Source: an uncultured Elusimicrobia bacterium
GTDB taxonomy: Bacteria > Elusimicrobiota > Elusimicrobia > 2-01-FULL-59-12
Direction of reading: 5' to 3'
DNA: 64,000 nucleotides
Assembly: GCA_963702895.1 (NCBI GenBank)
Contig: OY969767.1
Coordinates: 2,080,001-2,144,000, forward strand
The position numbers and the translations under genes are program-made. The notes beneath the pieces are model-generated. The model saw nothing but the letters and a program-made list of their open reading frames with translations. It did no database searches and had not been told where the DNA came from. Positions 57,280-64,000 of the stretch are shown here, piece by piece. Within the stretch, counting starts at the first letter, position 1. Every line of letters starts with the position of its first letter.

Positions 57280-58559
57280 ACAACGGAGGCCGCATCCACA
57301 ATGCAGTTGCGGCCGGCGGCTTTGGCCGCGTAGAGCGCGCGGTCCGCCGCCGCGAGGATCGCCTCGGGCGAATCCCCGTCACCGGGGAAATGCGCGATGC
57401 CGATGGAGATGGTGACCGTCACGTTTTCCAGGCCGATCACGAAGGATTCGTTCGCGACGCGCTGACGGATTTGCTCCGCCTTCACTTTCAGGCCGGCCGG
57501 CTGCGAGCGCGGCAAAAGACACACAAATTCTTCCCCGCCAAAGCGTGCGATGACGTCCGTTTCATAGAGCCCCTGCTGCAGGCGCTCGGCAACGGTTTTG
57601 AGGACTTCATCGCCGACCTGGTGGCCGTAGTGATCGTTCAGACGCTTGAAAAAGTCGATATCAATCATCAAAAGGGAAAAGGTGGTGCGGAAGGAACGGG
57701 CCCGGGCCACTTCTTCTTTGAGACGCTCCTCGAACGGAGCGCGCCGGGAGAGACCGGTCAGGCCGTCCGTGCGTGAGCGGATGTCCAACTCACGATAAAG
57801 TTTGGCTTTGGCCATCGCAAAGATCAGCTGAACGGAGAAATTGGCCGCCTCCGACATCAAGGCGGGCTGCTGATCGGGGGCGATATCCGAAATACGAAGG
57901 ATCAATAATCCGATCCTTTCATGAAGCCGCCATAGCGGGATCCCCAACGCCCAGACGCTTCGGCCAGCATCCGTACCCGTCTGAGGGATAAACGTATGCA
58001 AGTAAGGTTCTTTTTTAGGAAGGTCTTCCGCACGCGGATCCGAGGTCACACCACGCCTCTGCACGAGCTGGAGGTCCCCTGTTTCATCGGTTAAGTACAA
58101 GGTCCAACCCTCGGCCCGGAAAAAGTGCTTGATGGCCTTATCCAGGCTGGGAAACATCTCCTCCCAGGAGGTGGATTCGGCCAGACGCTTGACGAGTTCA
58201 TACTGTTTGAGCCCCTGGTCGACCTCCGTCACTTTGACGGCAATGCGGCTTTTAAGGTCTTCCACGACTCCTTTAATCTGCTGGTGCTTTTCCTCCGCCT
58301 CCGCGCGATCTTTCGCAATGCGATTCTGCCACTCCCGTTGCGCAAATACCCAGCGCAAAGATATACCCAGCGTCGCCATCGCCGCCAGGGCCTCGACGGC
58401 AAGCACCCCAGCGTCTGCGGCCCGCAGGATCAGAATGAACACCCAGCCACCCAGGAGCAAAAAGACGCTGAGGATCCACCCCATCATCCCGCCCGCGTAG
58501 ACGATGCCCAGGGTGAGCACAATTCCGACCGCAAAGAGGCATGAAGAGAGTCCGCTCAC
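57276..58559 (-). CDS. Membrane-anchored GAF-like + GGDEF diguanylate cyclase
   Basis: N-terminal TMs, coiled coil, DGLTGL, DIDFFK, RFGGEEF. Confidence 0.92.
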   Translation of the reverse strand: MSGLSSCLFAVGIVLTLGIVYAGGMMGWILSVFLLLGGWVFILILRAADAGVLAVEALAAMATLGISLRWVFAQREWQNRIAKDRAEAEEKHQQIKGVVEDLKSRIAVKVTEVDQGLKQYELVKRLAESTSWEEMFPSLDKAIKHFFRAEGWTLYLTDETGDLQLVQRRGVTSDPRAEDLPKKEPYLHTFIPQTGTDAGRSVWALGIPLWRLHERIGLLILRISDIAPDQQPALMSEAANFSVQLIFAMAKAKLYRELDIRSRTDGLTGLSRRAPFEERLKEEVARARSFRTTFSLLMIDIDFFKRLNDHYGHQVGDEVLKTVAERLQQGLYETDVIARFGGEEFVCLLPRSQPAGLKVKAEQIRQRVANESFVIGLENVTVTISIGIAHFPGDGDSPEAILAAADRALYAAKAAGRNCIVDAASVV

Positions 58560-58630
58560 CCCACCACCTCATTTTGGCGCAGAGCGTCGTATGGCGGCAG
58601 CGAACAGGCGTCAAGAGGTGGCGGGGTCAT
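58556..58630. repeat. Hairpin spanning the whole gap between the two GGDEF genes
   Basis: Arms TCACCCCACCACCTC (58556-58570) and GAGGTGGCGGGGTCA (58615-58629), 13/15 complementary. Confidence 0.7.
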
Positions 58631-59967
58631 CCGATCACCCTATTGCGACCGCTCTCCTTCGCCTGGTAGAGCCTGTAATCCGCAACCCGTAAGAGTTGAC
58701 TCGCAATCGTCGCTTCCTGTGGAAAGTGGGAGAGTCCAATGGAGATCGTGACCCTTTCCTGCGTCGCGGGGTCCGAGCCGAATTGGAAAACCTCCATTTG
58801 AATCGCTTGACGGATCCCTTCTGCGATCTCTCGTGCCTGAACCAAATTCACCTGAGGAACAATCAGGACGAACTCTTCCCCCCCATAACGCGCCAGGATG
58901 TCGACAGGACGCGAGAGCCTCCCCAACAGCTGGGCAAAACGCACGAGGACCTGGTCGCCCGCCGCATGACCGTAGGTGTCGTTGTAGCGCTTGAAATGAT
59001 CGATATCCATCATCAAGAGACAAAATTCGGTCTGGTAGCGTCCGGCTCGCAGAATTTCCTCCGCGAGGCGTTCATCAAAGAACTTTCTGGTATAGAGCGC
59101 CGTCAGATTGTCTCGGACAGCCCCTTCCTGGAGCTTCGCGAGCAATTGAAGGTTCTCCAGCGCGAGGGACGCCATGAGGGAGAGCGCTTCCAGGATGCGC
59201 AGGTCCCCCACGGAAAACATCTGGGGTTCAAAGCCGTTCAGTCGTACGATCCCCACGAGTTGCCGAGCAACCATAATCGGGGCGGCCAGAATGGAACGCA
59301 CCTCATTGCCAGCGCGGACCGTCTTGAACCGGCCATCCTGCGCAAGGTCTGTCACCAGGAGCGCCAGTTTTCGCTCCATGAGCCACCGGTCCATGGGGTC
59401 ACGGGGCGATGCTCCTGCGAAATAGTGGATGGTCCCCTTGCCAATAATGGAACGGACAAACTCCATGAGACGCTGGCGCACCATGATGGGGTCCAAGAGA
59501 CTTGCCAGCTGTTGAACGGCGTCGAAAAGATGACGCCTCAAGGCCGCCTGCTTGCCAAGGTCCGTCAGGCGTTTATCGAGGCTTTCTCTTTCCTTGTGAA
59601 GGGCCAGCGTCGCATTTTGCCTTTCGTTGACCACTTCATTGAAGGTGCGCTCATTTTCCGCCGCCCGTGAGTTAAAACGCTGGATCATGTAGACCGCGGC
59701 CCATAAGAGAACGATGTGCACGGCGATCCAAGGTTTATCGCGGCTTTCGACCACCCCCACACCACCGAACTCGATGAGCGTGACGAGCATCCCAAAGACC
59801 GCCGCCATTTCCATCGAGACCAGCACCGCCGTCGTGAGCACGAACGTGAAAAAGAGGAGAGCGATTAAGGGATATTGATTGGGAAGTGTGAAAAGGAGAA
59901 TGGACAGGCCAAAAAACAGCAAAAGGCCCGGGACAAGAAACATCGCGCTTTTTCGCTGGACATGCAC
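58627..59967 (-). CDS. Membrane-anchored GAF + GGDEF diguanylate cyclase
   Basis: N-terminal TMs, RSILAAPI GAF segment, RPVD I-site, RYGGEEF. Confidence 0.93.
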   Translation of the reverse strand: MHVQRKSAMFLVPGLLLFFGLSILLFTLPNQYPLIALLFFTFVLTTAVLVSMEMAAVFGMLVTLIEFGGVGVVESRDKPWIAVHIVLLWAAVYMIQRFNSRAAENERTFNEVVNERQNATLALHKERESLDKRLTDLGKQAALRRHLFDAVQQLASLLDPIMVRQRLMEFVRSIIGKGTIHYFAGASPRDPMDRWLMERKLALLVTDLAQDGRFKTVRAGNEVRSILAAPIMVARQLVGIVRLNGFEPQMFSVGDLRILEALSLMASLALENLQLLAKLQEGAVRDNLTALYTRKFFDERLAEEILRAGRYQTEFCLLMMDIDHFKRYNDTYGHAAGDQVLVRFAQLLGRLSRPVDILARYGGEEFVLIVPQVNLVQAREIAEGIRQAIQMEVFQFGSDPATQERVTISIGLSHFPQEATIASQLLRVADYRLYQAKESGRNRVIG

Positions 59968-60015
59968 GTGTTGCGTTTAACATGAACAGGCTTAGAAATC
60001 AACAGGAATTTGTAT

Positions 60016-60110
60016 TCGTCCGAGGTCCGACGTCCGGGACCTTGGTCCTAAACCAGCATGGATTTTTTCGGATGCTGCCGTTGGGTCGCAGGACGTCGAA
60101 CGTCGGACGA
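60016..60110. repeat. Second CGTCCGA-heptamer hairpin
   Basis: TCGTCCGA GGTCCGA CGTCC ... GGACG TCGAACG TCGGACGA, abutting the stop codon at 60111-60113. Confidence 0.85.
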
Positions 60111-61829
60111 CTATGAGGCGGTTTTCTGAAGATGCTGGCGGACGAAGGTTTCGAAGGCCTGGGCCGGTAAGGGATTGGTCAGGTGATAGCCTTGGATGAT
60201 GTCGCATTGATTCGCGCGGAGAAGATTTTCCTGCTCTTTCGTCTCGACACCCTCCGCGACCACGCTTAACTTTAAGCTGTGCGCGAGCACAATCACCGTA
60301 TTGGCGATGGCAGCGGCACTGGGATCGGTGGTCATGTCCCGGACAAACGATTGATCAATCTTAAGCGTCTGGATTGGAAACTTCTTAAGGTAGCTCAAGG
60401 AGGAATAGCCCGTGCCAAAGTCATCCAGAGCGACCCGGACACCCATCTCTTTCAAATGACGCAGAACGACATTCGTGTAATCCGCGTTTTGCATGACCGC
60501 CCCTTCGGTGATCTCGAGCTCCAGCCACCTCGGATCGAGGCCCGTTTCCTTTAAAATGCGCGCGACCACATCGGCCAACCCGGGCGTTTGGAACTGGCGC
60601 GCTGAGATATTGACCGCCACGCTCATGGGTGGCAGTCCCGCTTTCTGCCACGCCTTATTCTGGGCGCAGGCCGTCCTCAAGACCCAGTCGCCCAACTGCG
60701 TAATCAGGCCGATCTCTTCGGCAATCCCGACAAACTCATCCGGATACACGATGCCCAGGTCCGGATGCTGCCAGCGCAGAAGGGCTTCGGTTCCCACAAT
60801 GGAAGACTGACGGATATCCATTTGGGGCTGGTAATGAATAAGGAATTCTTTTCGTTCGACGCCCTTGCGCAGGCTGTTTTCGAGGGCGAGCCTTTCAAAG
60901 GCCCGAGAATTCATCGCGGGCGTGTAAAGCTGATAATTGTTTCTCCCCTGCTCCTTGGCGCGGTAGAGCGCCGTGTCCGCATTGCGCAGAAGCGTATCGG
61001 CATCCTCGCCGTCATAGGGGTAGAGCGTGATGCCAATACTCATCGTGACATGCAGCTCATTGTTCCCAAAGTGAAAGGGCGGTTTGATGGCATCAATGAC
61101 CCGCTGGGCCACCCGCACGGCCCGGTCGGCGCGATTGATCTGGGGCAACAAGATGACAAACTCATCACCGCCCAGCCTCGCCAACGTGTCTCCTTCCTCT
61201 AAGCTGGCTTGAAGACGTTCCGCCACGCCTCGCAACAGTTGGTCCCCCATCGTGTGCCCGAGCGTGTCCACGATGGTCTTAAAGCGGTCCAGGTCCACAA
61301 AAAGCACCGCCAGCATCTTGCGGTTGCGTCCCGCCTGCGCGAGCGCGACGCTCAGCCGGTCACGGAAGGTGGTCCGGTTCGGGAGGTCCGTCAGGAGATC
61401 GTAATGGGCCTGGCGTTCGATGGTGACTTCGGCCCGTTTGTGGTCTCGCCGCACCTCCGCTTCGCGCAGCTCGCGGAAAATCGCGGGACAAAGGCGCGTC
61501 AGGTTGTCTTTCATCACATAATCCTGGACGCCCGCTTGCATCGCGGCGGCCGCAAGATGCTCGGAGATCTTTCGCGAGACGATGAAAAACGGGATGTCAT
61601 ACCCGTTCTCCCTCATCAAGTCATAGGCTTCCAGACCTGCGAAATGAGGCAGTTGGTATTCCGCAACAACGATATCCCAGGGTTGCCGGGCCAGGGACAT
61701 CTCCATCTCAGACCCTGTGGTCACGCGTTCAAAAACAGGATCGAAGCCACCCTTCTTCAGTTCCTGAAGAAGCTGTTGCGTATCGTCTTCAGAATCTTCC
61801 ACAAGGAGCAAGCGCAGTGGGGTAGCCAT
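60111..61829 (-). CDS. REC-GGDEF-EAL protein
   Basis: LLLVEDS, RLGGDEF, EALLRW, DDFGTGYSS. Start revised to 61829. Confidence 0.94.
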   Translation of the reverse strand: MATPLRLLLVEDSEDDTQQLLQELKKGGFDPVFERVTTGSEMEMSLARQPWDIVVAEYQLPHFAGLEAYDLMRENGYDIPFFIVSRKISEHLAAAAMQAGVQDYVMKDNLTRLCPAIFRELREAEVRRDHKRAEVTIERQAHYDLLTDLPNRTTFRDRLSVALAQAGRNRKMLAVLFVDLDRFKTIVDTLGHTMGDQLLRGVAERLQASLEEGDTLARLGGDEFVILLPQINRADRAVRVAQRVIDAIKPPFHFGNNELHVTMSIGITLYPYDGEDADTLLRNADTALYRAKEQGRNNYQLYTPAMNSRAFERLALENSLRKGVERKEFLIHYQPQMDIRQSSIVGTEALLRWQHPDLGIVYPDEFVGIAEEIGLITQLGDWVLRTACAQNKAWQKAGLPPMSVAVNISARQFQTPGLADVVARILKETGLDPRWLELEITEGAVMQNADYTNVVLRHLKEMGVRVALDDFGTGYSSLSYLKKFPIQTLKIDQSFVRDMTTDPSAAAIANTVIVLAHSLKLSVVAEGVETKEQENLLRANQCDIIQGYHLTNPLPAQAFETFVRQHLQKTAS

Positions 61830-61845
61830 AGAGGGTACAACCGTA

Positions 61846-62667
61846 TTATAGAGTTTTGCCGGTCCGAAGGAGCGCCTCAAAATCAGGCACGGGGATGGGG
61901 CGGCTGAAGTAGTAGCCTTGCATTTTGTCGCAGTGATGTTTCTTGAGGATGGAAAGTTCGGAAGCCGTCTCGACGCCTTCGGCCACGACATCCATGCGGA
62001 GGCTGTGGGCCAGCACAATGACGGCCGAGACAATGGCCTCCTCTTTCGCATCCGATGCCAAATCCTTCACAAACGAGCGGTCGATCTTGAGCGTATCGAT
62101 GGGGAAGTGCTTCAAATGGCTCAAGGAGGAATAGCCTGTGCCGAAATCATCCAGCGAGATGTGCACGCCGAGACTTTTGAGCTCTCTCAAGATCGCCAGT
62201 GTGAAATCGGCGTCCTGCATGGCGTAGGTTTCCGTGATTTCCAGGTCCAGACATTGCGGGTCAAGTTTTGCTGCCTCTAAGGCGTCGGCCACCTTTTCCA
62301 CCAAATCCTGATGATGGAACTGCCGCCCGCTCAAATTGACAGCGACTGTCAAACGCGGCAATCCGAGGTTTTGCCAGGCTTTGTTCTGGGCGCATGCGGT
62401 GTTTAACACCCATTCCCCCAGCGGCACAATGAGGCCGCTTTCTTCCGCGACGGGAATAAATTCCGACGGTGGCATCATCCCGAGGTCGGAGACCTCCCAC
62501 CGCAGGAGCGCCTCCATCCCCACAATTTTGCCTGTTCCTAGGTCTACTGTGGGTTGATAAAAGAGTTTGAATTCTTGGTTTTCGATCGCACGCTTCAGGC
62601 GGCCGGTCAGCGCGAACTGATGTGCCGCTTCAAGACCCTCTTCGGCTTTGGACAGGGGTTTGCTCAT
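61846..62667 (-). CDS. Stand-alone EAL c-di-GMP phosphodiesterase
   Basis: YQP, EALLRW, LEITE, DDFGTGYSS, KIDRSF, AEGVE, QGY. Confidence 0.94.
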   Translation of the reverse strand: MSKPLSKAEEGLEAAHQFALTGRLKRAIENQEFKLFYQPTVDLGTGKIVGMEALLRWEVSDLGMMPPSEFIPVAEESGLIVPLGEWVLNTACAQNKAWQNLGLPRLTVAVNLSGRQFHHQDLVEKVADALEAAKLDPQCLDLEITETYAMQDADFTLAILRELKSLGVHISLDDFGTGYSSLSHLKHFPIDTLKIDRSFVKDLASDAKEEAIVSAVIVLAHSLRMDVVAEGVETASELSILKKHHCDKMQGYYFSRPIPVPDFEALLRTGKTL

Positions 62668-62736
62668 GACAGTTTAGTTTTACGTTGATTTTTCAACTTC
62701 GCAAGGCTTTTTTTACCACCCGGGATTTGATTTGAT

Positions 62737-63360
62737 ATGCGCATGAGCGTCAAACGGTTTCTGGCCGCGTCCCTCCTGGTCGCGCTTCCCCTGGTGGTTC
62801 TTCGGTACGCCAAAAAGACCCACTGGGGTCAACTGCAAAATTCTCCGCCGGCGCGTCAGAAGGGCGATCCCTCCGCGAAGGTCCTGATCGTCCAGTTTTC
62901 CGATTTCCAGTGCCCCAGTTGCGCCACGGTGGAGCCGGCCGTTCATCAGTTTTTGGACGTCTACAAAGGAAAAATCAAGGTGCTCTACAAGTACTATCCC
63001 CTGACACGCATCCATAAAAATGCGATGCCGGCCGCCCATGCGGCGGAATGCGCCGCCAGACAGAATCAATTCTGGCCTTATCACGACAAACTTTATGAAA
63101 CCCAACGCCAGTGGGCACTTCTCGCGGACCCGACCACGACCTTTATGTCCTACGGCAAAGCTCTGGAATTGGACATGGATCAATTCCGCACTTGTTATGC
63201 GGACCCGACCCCCTTGGTCTCGATCGAAGCCGATGCCAGGGAGGCCGTGGAACGAGAAGTCCGCGCCACGCCGACCTTTTTTGTTGGCGAAGAACGTCTG
63301 GTCGGCAACGTGTTTATGACGGATGGAGCACGGGCGATCGAAAAGGCCTTAAGGCAATGA
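62737..63360 (+). CDS. DsbA/thioredoxin-fold protein
   Basis: FSDFQCPSC, ATPTF, N-terminal anchor. Confidence 0.92.
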   Translation: MRMSVKRFLAASLLVALPLVVLRYAKKTHWGQLQNSPPARQKGDPSAKVLIVQFSDFQCPSCATVEPAVHQFLDVYKGKIKVLYKYYPLTRIHKNAMPAAHAAECAARQNQFWPYHDKLYETQRQWALLADPTTTFMSYGKALELDMDQFRTCYADPTPLVSIEADAREAVEREVRATPTFFVGEERLVGNVFMTDGARAIEKALRQ

Positions 63361-63875
63361 GTGACGACCGAAAACCTCCCCTCGACGTGGGCCCGGAGAA
63401 AGCGCTCCTTCCCTTGCCCGTCATATCGTCTTCTTGGATCCTCCTGCTTTCTTTGGTCTTTCGGATGTTGATCGGCGGCGTCCTGATCTATGCGGGTTTC
63501 ATGAAGGCGATCAGGCCGACCGCTGAGTTTGCCGCCGTCCTGTCCGCCTATCAAATTGTGCCGCCCTGGGCCATTCCGCACCTTGCCCTCGCTGTTCCTT
63601 ATCTTGAGATGTGGATTGGGCTTTTCGTCTTTTTGGGTCTTTACGCTCGGTTGGCGCCCCTGGCGGCTTGTGGGATTTTTAGCGTCTTCGTGGTGGTGCT
63701 TACAGCCGCGCTTGCACGCGGGATCGATCTGGCCTCCTGTGGCTGCTTTGGTCCGGGGGTTCTTTCTCCTCGCAAGACTCTCCTGTTGGACATCGTGCTC
63801 CTGCTTATGTCGTTTTGGCTCTATAGGATCAATAAATATCCACAAAGCCTGACGCTGGATGACCTGCTGAGTTAA
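63357..63875 (+). CDS. MauE/DoxX family redox-associated membrane protein
   Basis: PYLE, CGCFG; ATGA-coupled start at 63357. Confidence 0.88.
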   Translation: MSDDRKPPLDVGPEKALLPLPVISSSWILLLSLVFRMLIGGVLIYAGFMKAIRPTAEFAAVLSAYQIVPPWAIPHLALAVPYLEMWIGLFVFLGLYARLAPLAACGIFSVFVVVLTAALARGIDLASCGCFGPGVLSPRKTLLLDIVLLLMSFWLYRINKYPQSLTLDDLLS

Positions 63876-64000
63876 ACCAGAGGGATACGATTAATTTCTT
63901 GGAAGTTGGCGGATTGAGGCACGCCGTATTGCGCGCGGTACCAGGGAAGCAGGACCTCCAGAAGCACTTTCACCATGCTGGCCACTGGAATGGCGAAGAG
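63872..64000 (-). CDS. C-terminus of a probable AI-2E family transporter (partial)
   Basis: Manual translation LFAIPVASMVKVLLE...*; only 42 residues visible. Confidence 0.6.
   Translation of the reverse strand, partial: LFAIPVASMVKVLLEVLLPWYRAQYGVPQSANFQEINRIPLV

Noticed and set aside
6699..59670. Long antisense ORFs (e.g. 6699..7517, 15632..16519, 19644..20633, 28156..28965, 51136..51981, 58696..59670)
   Set aside because: They lie opposite well-supported genes, lack motifs, and are expected in GC-rich coding DNA.

Overview
Dense core-genome window from a diderm bacterium (LPS-heptose genes, TonB/ExbBD). Elusimicrobiota is my unverified guess at the lineage. Most genes lie on the minus strand in long, translationally coupled runs: shikimate (aroECKBD), pepP-efp-accBC, gmhA-rfaE2, thiamine, the aspartate family (thrB, lysC, asd, hom, thrC), branched-chain synthesis (cimA, ilvN, ilvC, leuACD) with psd-pssA, liv ABC transport, cinA, a polysaccharide deacetylase, mltG, rplM-rpsI and HU. 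There is also a hopanoid cluster (hpnH-shc-hpnA-hpnG) and a c-di-GMP cluster coupled to a PiT/DUF47 phosphate transporter. Plus-strand features include an IS1380 and a 7-gene receptor-less proton-motor operon (giant TPR, ExbB, two ExbD, Gly-rich TonB, two degenerate OmpA-like proteins) preceded by a Pho-box-type promoter; a second promoter of identical geometry lies at 45.7 kb. The most unusual signals are: (1) that motor operon and its promoter; (2) a four-helix-bundle gene bracketed by inverted heptamer arrays, whose removal restores a canonical livF-cinA junction, plus several families of palindromic elements that repeatedly sit at duplicated (A/G)TGA stop/start junctions; (3) a housekeeping-context EF-P with Met instead of Lys/Arg at the modified loop tip. 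No rRNA, tRNA or CRISPR array was seen. All calls come from reading the sequence by eye; no searches were run.
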